This document shows, one piece after another, positions 1-10,700 of a DNA stretch of 64,000 nt. Position 1 is the first letter of the stretch. Every line of letters begins with the position of its first letter. Source of the stretch: Bacteroidales bacterium (GTDB lineage Bacteria; Bacteroidota; Bacteroidia; Bacteroidales; UBA4417); the NCBI GenBank assembly GCA_963665485.1, contig OY762227.1:84637-148636 (forward strand). Reading direction: 5' to 3'. A program made the translations under genes and the position numbers. The notes below the pieces were generated by a model, which searched no databases, was not told the origin of the DNA, and saw only the letters and a program-made list of their open reading frames with translations.

Positions 1-2
1 GA

Positions 3-551
3 ATGGCTCGTTTATCGATGCCGGTGCCGGAAAAAGTATGGGAAAGATATTCGGACGAAATATACATTCTTTCGCGCACAAACGATATTAACAACACCAA
101 AGTACGCGACGGAAAGATGGATATAAAAACGTATGTTCAAACCGTGGATGGACTTGAGCAGTGGAACCCGCTTATGAAAGGAGAATTCCCGATCAAGGCA
201 TCGGTTCTTAAAAATGAAGTTTTTCCGGCGTTTAACGTGCAGATGCCCGAATTGACAAAAGAGGTTTATACATTCGACGAATTTATGAACATCATCCACT
301 CACATCCTGATCTGGCAGCTGTTAAGGTACACAAACAACGTTTCGGATATATGGTAAACAATACCATCTGCGAATTCGGCGAAGTACTGATTAATGGTGC
401 ACGCGTTATGACCATTAATTCCGAATCAACAGAGGTAGAAGATATCAGAAAAACCGTAAAGGATATTGGGCTCGAAGGGGTAGAAAACATCAATTATTTA
501 CAAGCTATCAAGCGTGTTATCGGAATGATTAACAAACCTCTGGCTAATTAA
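3..551 (+). CDS. hypothetical protein (possibly CYTH-like beta-rich fold); may be 5'-truncated by the window edge
   Basis: 182-aa ORF with an ATG at nt 3 and coding-like composition. It lies 26 nt upstream of a CYTH gene on the same strand. No diagnostic motif recognised. Confidence 0.5.
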   Translation: MARLSMPVPEKVWERYSDEIYILSRTNDINNTKVRDGKMDIKTYVQTVDGLEQWNPLMKGEFPIKASVLKNEVFPAFNVQMPELTKEVYTFDEFMNIIHSHPDLAAVKVHKQRFGYMVNNTICEFGEVLINGARVMTINSESTEVEDIRKTVKDIGLEGVENINYLQAIKRVIGMINKPLAN

Positions 552-577
552 TTAACCACACTTTAAAAATAAGTAAG

Positions 578-1045
578 ATGGCACAAGAAATAGAACGCAA
601 ATTCCTGGTAAAAGGTGATTTCAAACAGGATATCTATAAAGAAACACGGATAACTCAAGGTTATTTATGCTCTGTTCCGGAACGAACCGTGCGTGTGAGG
701 ATTAAAGGCAAGCAGGGATTTATTACTATAAAAGGAATCGGCAACGCATCAGGTGCAAGCCGGTATGAGTGGGAAAAAGAAATTCCTGTAAGCGAGGTTG
801 AAGCCCTGCTACAGATATGCGAACCTGGCGTAATTGATAAAACCCGCTACCAGGTGAAATCAGGTGTTCACACCTTTGAGATAGATGAATTCTATGGTGA
901 AAACCAGGGTTTGATTGTTGCCGAAGTAGAACTGGGCGCTGAAGCCGAAGCATTTATAAAACCAGTTTGGCTCGGAGAAGAGGTAACCGGCGATGTGAAG
1001 TATTACAATTCAATGTTGATGAAACATCCGTTTACAAAATGGTAA
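578..1045 (+). CDS. CYTH domain protein (triphosphate tunnel metalloenzyme / class IV adenylate cyclase-like)
   Basis: N-terminal EIERKFLV matches the ExExK signature of CYTH. The ~155-aa size is typical, with alternating charged beta-strand residues (RVRIKG, EIDEF, VAEVEL). Confidence 0.8.
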   Translation: MAQEIERKFLVKGDFKQDIYKETRITQGYLCSVPERTVRVRIKGKQGFITIKGIGNASGASRYEWEKEIPVSEVEALLQICEPGVIDKTRYQVKSGVHTFEIDEFYGENQGLIVAEVELGAEAEAFIKPVWLGEEVTGDVKYYNSMLMKHPFTKW

Positions 1046-1255
1046 ATCTTCTGTATTTTGAAGTAATTTATACAAGCAGATTTTGATTTGATAACAAGGA
1101 AATTCTGGCAGCAATTTTTTATTGTTTTTGCTTCATTTTATGACTAATGGATGTGAAATCGTAAAAGATTGAGCCTTGTTAGTAAGTAAGTTGTTATGAA
1201 AAATAATCTGCCATTACCTGCACGACTTTGAATTTCAAAAATAATATTCAGGAAT

Positions 1256-2878
1256 ATGAATGAGCCAGATACAACAATACGCGAAGATATTGTCTTCGAC
1301 CCATTGGATATGAATAATTACAGAATCGAAAAACTTCCGAAACGTAAAAAGGGAGTTTTCGAAACCTGGTTGACTTATATCGGACCACCGTTGGCAATTA
1401 TTTCATTTGTATTGTTTGCTTTCATCCTGAAATTGCCGTTTCTGCAACAAATTGATCCAGTCCATTTAACAGAAGAAGCAAAGAAAGTTTTTGACAAAAT
1501 AGGTCCTGCCGCGTTTTCCAGAAACAACGCTATTATGCTTGGGATTTTTATGGCAGGTATAATTCTTTGGATTACTGAATCATTGCCTAATTATCTCACA
1601 TCACTTATCCTCATTGTTACGTTGGTGCTTACAGGTGTTCTTCCTGAAAAAAAAGCGTATGCCGAACTGGGAAATCCTGTAATGTGGCTTAATATCATGT
1701 CATTTGTTTTGGCAAGCATGTTAGTAGCTACAGGCGTAGCCAAGCGTTTTGCCTTATGGTTCATATTAAAATTCGGGAAAAACGCCGGATCCGTTTTCCT
1801 TAGCTTTATGGTTATCAATATAGTACTATCGGCCTTTATTTCGGCAACTACAGCAAAGGCAGCCATTTTGCTTCCCATTTTTATGGTTATTGCTGCTATT
1901 TATGGTGCCCGTAGTGGCGAGCATCGCAATAATTTCGGACGAAGTGTAGTGCTCCAGAATTTACTCTATATCAATATTGGCGCCAGCGGTTTTTTGACCG
2001 GCTCAGGTGCCAATTTACTGGCGGCATTTTTGATTGGAGGTGCCATGGGAGGAAAAATTTTCTTCAGCGAATGGATGATGGCCATGTTTCCGATTATGCT
2101 GATAATGATGCTAATAGGCTATTGGCTGGCTATGAGAGTATTCTTTCCTCTACCTCCATCCGAACGTTTGCCACAGATTGAAGGAGGCCTTGAAAGGTTG
2201 AGGACTGAATATGACAAACTTGGTAAGATTAGTTTTCAGGAAAAAAAATCTGTACTCATATTTATTCTCATTCTGGCCTTTTGGGCCACGGATAAACTTC
2301 ACGGAATCAGTCCTACTGCGGTAGCTTTTGTTGGCGCCATTGTTGCTCTGCTTCCCCGTATCGGTGTTATTAAATGGAACGAAGTTGACATTCCGTGGCA
2401 CTTAATGTTATTTTCGGCCGGAGCTTACGCCTTAGGTGCCGGATTTGCAGCTACAGATCTCCCTTCAATCAGTGTAAACGCCTTTTTCAATCACGTTGGA
2501 ATTGGAAATGAAACTCCTTTTTGGGTACTTTTCTTGTTACTCACCGGGGTCATGCTATTCAGCGCTCTGTTATTTGAATCAAAAACCATGAGGGCAATGA
2601 TATTTGTGCCAATAGCCATTGGAGTAGCCGGGCGTTTCAACCTGAGTGTGATAAGCCTTGCTCTGCCTGTTGCATTCATGATTGAGCATGTATATGTGCT
2701 GCCATTTAACAGCAAACCAGCCGCTTTACTATATGAAACTGATCACTACAGCATTACGGATACCTTTAAGTTTGGATTTACCATGATGGTGACAGCCTGG
2801 CTGGTTATAATACTCGCCGGTGAAACCTGGTTTAAAGTTTTGGGTATTACTCCCAACGGGGTATTTGGCCTTTTTTAA
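1256..2878 (+). CDS. DASS/SLC13-type (ArsB/NhaD superfamily) anion permease
   Basis: 540 aa and very hydrophobic, with >10 predicted TM helices in a two-half architecture separated by a charged loop (RLRTEYDKLGKISFQEKK). Resembles CitT/SLC13-like permeases. Confidence 0.65.
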   Translation: MNEPDTTIREDIVFDPLDMNNYRIEKLPKRKKGVFETWLTYIGPPLAIISFVLFAFILKLPFLQQIDPVHLTEEAKKVFDKIGPAAFSRNNAIMLGIFMAGIILWITESLPNYLTSLILIVTLVLTGVLPEKKAYAELGNPVMWLNIMSFVLASMLVATGVAKRFALWFILKFGKNAGSVFLSFMVINIVLSAFISATTAKAAILLPIFMVIAAIYGARSGEHRNNFGRSVVLQNLLYINIGASGFLTGSGANLLAAFLIGGAMGGKIFFSEWMMAMFPIMLIMMLIGYWLAMRVFFPLPPSERLPQIEGGLERLRTEYDKLGKISFQEKKSVLIFILILAFWATDKLHGISPTAVAFVGAIVALLPRIGVIKWNEVDIPWHLMLFSAGAYALGAGFAATDLPSISVNAFFNHVGIGNETPFWVLFLLLTGVMLFSALLFESKTMRAMIFVPIAIGVAGRFNLSVISLALPVAFMIEHVYVLPFNSKPAALLYETDHYSITDTFKFGFTMMVTAWLVIILAGETWFKVLGITPNGVFGLF

Positions 2879-3008
2879 ATAAGTATACTCCAATCTGCAA
2901 TTCTGCGTTTTTCTATTTTACGCACAATTGTTTTTTGTGAAAACAGCAAATTGAAACGAAACTGATTACACAAATTATCAGGCGTTTTTCAAAAAACAGC
3001 GATATATT

Positions 3009-5771
3009 ATGCTGATAAAAACATACAACGATATTGTAAATTTCCTGAGTTTTGCCACAAACCTCAGAAAATTGCGTAGTCGGATAAATCAAAGCATTGA
3101 TATACCTGAAATTATAAGCGAATTTCCCAATTCACATCCCAGGGGATTTATTAAGGAATTTAAAAAAAGAAGGACAACTATTGTCGAAACCTATTTGCGG
3201 ATTACTAAAAGCCTTGAATCAGCAAACTACAACGAAAGAGTTCACGCATTAAGCCTTTTGGCGGAGCACATTATATATTCACGCTCGCTTAAAATGCCGC
3301 TTAACGCTGCCAGGGTGCAGCTGGCATTAATGAAAGAAGTTGTAAAAAACCGCGATAATAAACGCGTACAACTTGAGTTGATGCGCGATTTTACAGTTTC
3401 TTCTTACGGGCATCCCCGGGTTATCAGAAATTTCCTGAAAAAACTTGATATTATCGAGGTTCCCGAAACAGGTGAAGAACTCAAAGATTTGAAAATGGGA
3501 TGGGATTTTCATGTGCACGACAGCACTTCGTATGGACGAAAATCGCCAATTCAGCTCATTATTGACGCATTTATTAAAGGTATTTCCGAACTCACTATTG
3601 CCTATAACAATCTCGATCGGGAGGAAGCCGTAAAAGAAGTGCTTGAAGCAGGTAGAATTTTGGGCATTAAAGTGAATATTGCTTTGGAATTCAGTGCATT
3701 AACTAACGGAATGCGTTTTCATTACTTGTATATACTACCCAATTTTTCCAGCAAAAAAGGACGCTTCAAGAAATTTCTGAAACAAAAAACAGATGATTTT
3801 AAAGAATTCATGCACGAGCTGGAAGAAAATGAAAAAAAACGGGAAAAAATTATTGAACAACTGATCGAAAACTTTAATAATCAGCATTTACCACACATAA
3901 ATGAAGGTTATTCACCCGATTCAATTTATTACCTTCAGCCGCTTACTGTTAACACCGAAGAAAATTCCTTAGGGAATAAAATCTATTCACGCCGGCAACT
4001 GGGAGAGGTTCTGTATCCAAAGCTTAAAACGGTGCTCGAAAAAAGAGCTTTACAGGTTACAGCTCAAAAGATTCAATCTGAAACATCACCTGAAAAGTTC
4101 AGCATACGCGAAATTGAAAGTATACAAAAACGATTTGTTGATATCCGTAAGCAATATCAAAACCTGGAACCTGAAAAAATAAGGGTTGAATACTTTGCGG
4201 GAAACGAATCGTTATTGGCCGAATCGGCAATGAGCAACCTTGAAGATATTTACAATCTGGCTAAAAAAGCAGGGGGAACCATTAAATTCATCCAACCGCT
4301 GGAACATGGATTACAGGCGGCAATTGACCAGATTCTCGAAAACCACGAAATGTTATCGTATACTGAGATTTACAATATATATGAGACAATCGATACCAAA
4401 GAATCAGATTTCGTGGTATTTACAAATTTCATAAAACTCCTGAACCATGGTGACCAGGCTGAATTAGCTCAATTTCTTGAATCAAACAACTTAACATACA
4501 ACAAGCTTAAACTTGAAAATGCGCAGGCTTACGTTAAGCATAACCTGCTCATTCCTGCAATTGGAAGCGATGCAGCCGGCAGGTCGACACTTGCGCCGGG
4601 TATGGGATTTATCCTGGAAAGCCGTTTGCCCAACTATCAAAGAAAATATTTCAGTAAAACTCATTATGAGCTGCCTGGTGAAATTTCAGAATTGATATAC
4701 AGGCTTGCCAGGATTCCAAAAACTCAGCTAAAAAAGAAAGAGAAGCCAAGGATTATTTGTTTGGGCAAACTTAGTGCCGGCAAACAAAACATGTTAGGCG
4801 ACGAAAACATTGAAAAGCCGATTAGTCCGGTTCGGGCGTGGGAATACCTCAATCCCGCTATCAAAAATTCCATATTTATTTTAATCGGTTTTATCCCGGC
4901 GTATTTGATTGTCGGGTATGAGTATGCATTATTGTGGTTTGCCATTACAGGTTCACGCAATATGTTTGTGGATGTGATTTCCGGAAATGGTTTCAGGCCC
5001 AAAGAGTGGCATTCGAACGATATAAACTGGACTAATTTTGCACATTCACTTTTCTGGACAGGCTTTTCGGTACCTATTCTTGGATTTGTAAAAGCCCGTT
5101 TCGATATTGTCTGGACCGGATCGCACGAAGGAATTATGTTTGAGACTTTAAAGTTCTTTTTCCTCAACATAGCAAATGGCATGTACCTGGCAACGCATAA
5201 TTACATCAGGGGATTTGATAAAGGGACGATCAGGGCCAATTTTTTCCGAAGTATCATTGCCTGGCCTATTGCGGCTGTTTTTTCGCCCGTTGGAAACGCT
5301 CTCTTCTTACCAAGTATTGTACAAACTAAATTCTGGTCCGATTTCGTGGCGGCAATAATCGAGGGAAGTGCCAAATACAAGAACATTATCCGTATTAAAT
5401 ATCAGATAATTAAGAGACTAATGCCGGACCTGTTCAGCGAAGACGAAGAGACTGAAAAATTAGCCATGCTTGATATGATCTATTTTGTTAACGAAAGCAC
5501 CAGGGCAAAAACAGCATTAAGAAATCAATTGATCCCGAAGCAAAGTTATTTATCTAGATTAAAAAACGCTGTTCGCAGAAGAAAGATGCGTTATAAACCA
5601 AATGAATCCTTCTTTGAGCTAAAAAAACGAATGGAGAACCCTGAAGGAGTTCCTCAGCTGATAAATTTCATTATTGAAAATTATCGTCGTGAGCAGAGTT
5701 TGTACCTGGTAAAAATGGTATCGGAGAATTATTATAACCTACAGAAATGGCTTGAAAGAATTGAGAAATAA
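3009..5771 (+). CDS. large uncharacterised protein: N-terminal soluble region with a PHP-like motif plus a C-terminal multi-TM domain
   Basis: 920-aa ORF. The motif WDFHVHDSTSYGRKSPIQLIIDAFIKGISELTIAYNN resembles PHP-domain motif I (DxHxHTxxSxDG...ELv..A...G...iAiTDH), but the second metal motif is degenerate. About 5 hydrophobic helices fall between aa ~610 and 790. Confidence 0.6.
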   Translation: MLIKTYNDIVNFLSFATNLRKLRSRINQSIDIPEIISEFPNSHPRGFIKEFKKRRTTIVETYLRITKSLESANYNERVHALSLLAEHIIYSRSLKMPLNAARVQLALMKEVVKNRDNKRVQLELMRDFTVSSYGHPRVIRNFLKKLDIIEVPETGEELKDLKMGWDFHVHDSTSYGRKSPIQLIIDAFIKGISELTIAYNNLDREEAVKEVLEAGRILGIKVNIALEFSALTNGMRFHYLYILPNFSSKKGRFKKFLKQKTDDFKEFMHELEENEKKREKIIEQLIENFNNQHLPHINEGYSPDSIYYLQPLTVNTEENSLGNKIYSRRQLGEVLYPKLKTVLEKRALQVTAQKIQSETSPEKFSIREIESIQKRFVDIRKQYQNLEPEKIRVEYFAGNESLLAESAMSNLEDIYNLAKKAGGTIKFIQPLEHGLQAAIDQILENHEMLSYTEIYNIYETIDTKESDFVVFTNFIKLLNHGDQAELAQFLESNNLTYNKLKLENAQAYVKHNLLIPAIGSDAAGRSTLAPGMGFILESRLPNYQRKYFSKTHYELPGEISELIYRLARIPKTQLKKKEKPRIICLGKLSAGKQNMLGDENIEKPISPVRAWEYLNPAIKNSIFILIGFIPAYLIVGYEYALLWFAITGSRNMFVDVISGNGFRPKEWHSNDINWTNFAHSLFWTGFSVPILGFVKARFDIVWTGSHEGIMFETLKFFFLNIANGMYLATHNYIRGFDKGTIRANFFRSIIAWPIAAVFSPVGNALFLPSIVQTKFWSDFVAAIIEGSAKYKNIIRIKYQIIKRLMPDLFSEDEETEKLAMLDMIYFVNESTRAKTALRNQLIPKQSYLSRLKNAVRRRKMRYKPNESFFELKKRMENPEGVPQLINFIIENYRREQSLYLVKMVSENYYNLQKWLERIEK

Positions 5772-6336
5772 ATTCACCTTTCGCTTCAAATACTTCCCTT
5801 TCCTCCGACAATCAATTTCTGAATATCCCTTAATTTTCCTGTGCTTTGTTCGATTACACCGTATGCTGATGTTAATAAATTACCCATAATCCTTACTTCC
5901 ACCTGAAGCCAGCAACCAGGTACTGACTTAGAATCACAAAATATGTTTAATCAACCTATATGGTTCTGTTAAATATGTCTTAACTTTATATGGTTAAAAT
6001 CACTGCTTCAGTATAATCGCTCAACACACTTACTTCATTCACGATCTTATACTTATTACGGATTTTTACCTGGCAGCTGATTTTTAAAATTTCACTCCTA
6101 TTTCCCGGCAACAGAAACTCCTTTCAACATAGCATCTCTCGGTGTACATGTTAAATTTCGGGTCTACGTGTAATTTCTCATGAACAGCACTTCTGAAGGC
6201 TTTAAATCACATCATTTATCAAGCCTTATCTAATCAGCATTATAAATTGTTTTTTGCTGATTGTATTTAATTTCCGTTTAGGGATTATAAAAAACTTATC
6301 TCAAAGCATTAGTCTTTAATCACTTAAACAATAAAT

Positions 6337-7671
6337 ATGAAAACCATAAGATTTCTATTTAGCCTGATGTTGATCTGTTTTATCACATCGTGTACGAAAG
6401 ATTTTCTGCAAGATGAAACACCTTTAACATCAGATAACACAAATGATGAACTGAAATGCAAACCGCAGCAACTTAAAATTGCAGTAATCTCAGATATACA
6501 TTTCATGGCTCCTTCACTGCTCAGAAATGGAGCCGCAAATGGCGAAGCCTTTCAAACTTACCTGAACTATGATCCCAAACTGATTGAATTCAGTGATCCT
6601 ATCTTTAGAAAAGTGATTTCGCAACTCAAAAGGGACAGGCCTGATATCGTTTTGATTCCGGGCGACCTGACAAAAGATGGTGAAAAAGTGAGCCACGAAA
6701 GCGTTGCGCGAATCCTGCAACAACTTTTGGAATGTGGAACAAAAGTGTACGTAATTCCTGGAAATCACGATATTAACAATCCTGAGGCCGTAGCTTATAA
6801 CGGCGATATTTCACACCCGACTCCTATAATCCAGGCCCGTGATTTCCCGAAAATTTACGCTCAGTTCGGCTATAGAAATGCACTGTGCCGCGACGCTAAT
6901 TCGTTAAGTTATTTAAGCCAGCCTTACCATGGTTTATGGATTCTGGCAATTGATGATTGCGAATATTATGACAATACGAATATTGCATTGGTTCCTGGCA
7001 AAATAAAGCCTGAAACCATGGCATGGATACTTGGAAAACTTCGTGAAGCCAGTCAAAAGAACATTACCGTGTTGGGCATGATGCATCATGGCATTTTGGA
7101 ACATTTTACCGGCCAGGAAAAAGTTGATCCGGGCTACGTTACTGATGATTGGCAGAGTCAGGCGGAAAAACTGATGAACGCAGGCCTGAAAGTTATGTTT
7201 ACAGGTCATTATCATGCCAATGATATCACGATGCTCGGCTCAGAAGAAACGAATATTCTTTATGATATTGAAACAGGCTCTCTTGTTACGCCTCCAAGTC
7301 CATACCGCATGATTACCCTTTCTGGCAAAGCCATGGATATTACAACCAATAAAGTCACTTCCATTAATCGCCCGATGCCGGGAGGTATGAGTTTCACCGA
7401 TTACTCAAATGCTTTCCTAACCGCTCATATGGACGGGTATTTTAAATATGTGTTTACAAGCCCGGCATATGGATTAGATGAAGCTACTGCTGCATACCTG
7501 GCACCTTATTTCAGGGATGGCTGGATGGCACACTATGCCGGCGATGAGATTCCTCCCGCAGATTTAATGGAGATGTATCTTTCTTTGGGGGAAGAACTGG
7601 GAGGCGCATATTACAGCATCTGGACTGATCTTGCACCAGCAGATAACCAGCTTCATATTGATTTGAATTGA
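6337..7671 (+). CDS. calcineurin-like metallophosphoesterase, lipoprotein
   Basis: Lipoprotein-type signal peptide (LICFITSC). Metallophosphoesterase motifs are present in order: SDIH, GDLTKDG, GNHD, MMHHG, GHYH. Confidence 0.85.
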   Translation: MKTIRFLFSLMLICFITSCTKDFLQDETPLTSDNTNDELKCKPQQLKIAVISDIHFMAPSLLRNGAANGEAFQTYLNYDPKLIEFSDPIFRKVISQLKRDRPDIVLIPGDLTKDGEKVSHESVARILQQLLECGTKVYVIPGNHDINNPEAVAYNGDISHPTPIIQARDFPKIYAQFGYRNALCRDANSLSYLSQPYHGLWILAIDDCEYYDNTNIALVPGKIKPETMAWILGKLREASQKNITVLGMMHHGILEHFTGQEKVDPGYVTDDWQSQAEKLMNAGLKVMFTGHYHANDITMLGSEETNILYDIETGSLVTPPSPYRMITLSGKAMDITTNKVTSINRPMPGGMSFTDYSNAFLTAHMDGYFKYVFTSPAYGLDEATAAYLAPYFRDGWMAHYAGDEIPPADLMEMYLSLGEELGGAYYSIWTDLAPADNQLHIDLN

Positions 7672-7690
7672 TTAACATCAGTTAAAAACA

Positions 7691-7736
7691 AAACTACCCT
7701 TGTTAGCCATTTATTTTTGGTTAACAAGGGTAGTTT
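7691..7736. terminator. bidirectional intrinsic terminator hairpin between convergent genes
   Basis: Perfect 15-bp inverted repeat AAACTACCCTTGTTA / TAACAAGGGTAGTTT (7691-7705 and 7722-7736). It extends to 18 bp with one G-U pair and has a 10-nt AT-rich loop. It sits between the stop at 7671 (+) and the stop at 7771 (-). Confidence 0.7.
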
Positions 7737-7770
7737 GGTGTGTCAGACACCCTGCGGGTGTGCAGACATA

Positions 7771-10700
7771 CTATTTATTCCAAACCGGTAATCTTCCGGG
7801 CGTAACCGGCGCTCCCAGTTTTTCAACTTCTTTTTCAAGTTGTAAGATATCAGTTTCACCTATTCGTTTCACCTGTTCATACACCAGTGGAAATTCCGCC
7901 ATTAGTATTTTGTATGCGTCCAATTGCATTTGAGTAGGTGCGCCGGTTGATGCCCAATGAGCCCATGCTATTTTAGAGAGACGGTTATTAAGCGTTACCG
8001 GAGCAGGGGGATTCTCCTCATCGCTGGGTCTGTCGCTGTTGTTATTGAATTTGAGCTTAATATCTTCCAGTTGTTCCGAAACTTTGCTGATACGCGAACG
8101 CAAATCCATATTAGCACCGGGAACAGCGTTCAGGGCTACCTGCAAGGCATATACCCGTTTTGAAAGATTGTCGGCATAATTTTCAGTGCCGTGCATTACA
8201 CGTGAAAGTTCAGCCACTTTCTTCTGAAAATCGGCAACTGCAGCTTTGTCGGAAGCCGGCAAAGTGCTGTTATTTAACGTTAATGCGTTAAACTCAACCG
8301 CATCGGCAAGTTGTTTAACAGTATCACGAACGGTAATTGAAAGGCTAACCTTATATTTGCCTGGCATTACAGGAATTCCACTGTGGGATGCGGCAAAAGG
8401 ATCATACTTCTCCTTTCCTTCAACAGAAGACCTGTCAAGATAGCGTAAATCCCAGTTTATACGATTAATTCCTGAGGAGGGCGCTTTATTGATACGACAA
8501 ATCTCGTTTCCGGTTCCGTCAGTAATAGTAAAAGTAAGGTATGCAGGAACTTCTTCGCGTTCGGCACGTAATTCCATGGCTGTAGGTTGCGGAATCCGTT
8601 CGCCTTTTTCGAATAGTTTTTTCTCGCGTTCCTGGCGCATATCTTTCAGGCTTTTAGGCGCATCTTTCAGATAATAAGTGAAAACGGCTCCGAAGTCAGG
8701 ATTTTTAGCGATAAAATAAGTAGATCCCTGCCCATATTTTGTATCAGATGGAATGTACATCAACGCGTCTTTAACAGGGAAAATATAAGCATCTTTCCGG
8801 AGTAAATCTTTAGTGACAAGGCGCAGTGGCGAATAATCTTCCAGGATATAGAACCCACGTCCAAAGGTTGCAATGGCAAGGTCGCTTTCACGTTTCTGGA
8901 TTGTAATATCGCGTACCGGAATTGAAGGCATTCCATTTGCCAGTTTTACCCATATTTTTCCTCCGTCGTTGCTGAAATAGAAACTGAATTCGGTACCAAC
9001 AAATAGCAGGTCGGGATTAATAAAATCCTGCTGAATGCTGTGTATGGTTTCGTCTTTAGGAAGATTGGCCGCGATGGATGTCCATGTGCGACCTTTGTCA
9101 GTGCTTTTTAAAATATAAGGTTTGAAATCGTCGCGTAAGATATTATCAAAGGAGGCAAACACTATATTTTCGTCGAAACGGGAAGCCATAATATCGCTGA
9201 CATATGTGTTTTCCGGTACACCGGTAAACTTGTCTGTTTTTGACCATGTTTTTCCACCATCGCTGCTTGACTGTATCACACCATCATCGGTACCAACATA
9301 AAGAATGTTTTCCTTTACCGGCGATTCGTCCATCGAAACAATTGTGCCATACAATGAAGTAGATATGTCTTTTGCTACAGCGTCATAGCTCCAGTATTTG
9401 CCCATAACAGGCCAGGTATTACGGTCAATCTGGGCAGTAAGATCTTCGCTGATCACCTGCCAGGTATTTCCGCGGTCGTCGCTGCGGAAAACTTTATTCG
9501 CAGCACAATAAAGGCGGGTTGGTGAATGTGAGCTCAGGATAAGCGGCGTATTCCAGTTCCAGCGGTAAGATAGTTCGTCTTTGCGTGGCTCAGGCCTGAT
9601 ATCAATTGATTCCTGGCTTTTGCGGTCGTAACGGACCATGCCGCCGTATTGTGATTCGGAATACACAATGTTTGGTTCAACGGGATCAACCTGCGACCAG
9701 AAACCGTCGCCACCACAGGTTACAAACCAATCATCGCTTACAACTCCCGATCCGCTGGTATTGCGTGAAGGACCTCCAAAACTGTTGTTGTCCTGTGTTC
9801 CACCATATACATTATAGAAAGGCGCTGAATTATCAACCTGCACACGATACATTTGTGTTACCGGCAGGTTCGACTTGAAGAGAAACTCCTTCCCTCCATC
9901 GAAGGATTCATAAATTCCGCCATCACCACCAATAAACAAGTGCCGGGTATCGGAAGGATCAATCCATATCGCATGGTCATCGACATGACGTTTATTATTA
10001 CCGATGGCTTTCCAGGTTTTGCCGCCATCCTCGGTAAACTGCGAAACGGTTTCGGCCGAATAGATTTTATTTACGTCTTTAGGATCGCAATAAATTTCGT
10101 TGTAATACTGGCCCTGGGCTGAATGGTCGCTTATTTTCTGCCAGCTGGCACCACGGTTGGTACTACGGTAGAATCCACTCGCATCTCCGGCAGCTTCGAT
10201 AATTGCAAAGATATAATCAGGATTCACCGGCGAAATAGCCAACCCTATTCCACCCATATCACCACCGGGAAGACCACTTTTAAGTTTATCCCAGCTTTCA
10301 CCAGCATTGGTTGATTTGTAAATTGCGGTTTCAGGGCCTCCGCCTATTTTGGTAAATACATGCCTGCGGCGCTGTTCGCTGCTGGCATACATTACATCAG
10401 GATTCCGCGGATCGATGAGGATATCATTTACACCTGTATTTTCGCTTATTTCCAGCACTTTCTTCCAGGTTTTACCGCCATCAATGGTTTTATACATTCC
10501 TCGATCGCCACCCGGCCCCCAGGCTGATCCTTCGGCAGCAACAAATACAATATCGCTGTTCCGGGGATCAATAACTATTTTACCTATGTGCTCTGAGGCT
10601 TTGAGTCCCATATTCTTCCACGACTTTCCGCCGTCGGTGCTTTTGTAAACACCATCGCCGTAGCCTAACGCACGCTGGTGGTTATTTTCGCCGGTTCCAA

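Noticed and set aside
4724-5182. 152-aa minus-strand ORF inside the 920-aa gene
   Set aside because: It is antisense to the TM-domain-coding part of a long uninterrupted ORF and has no independent support.
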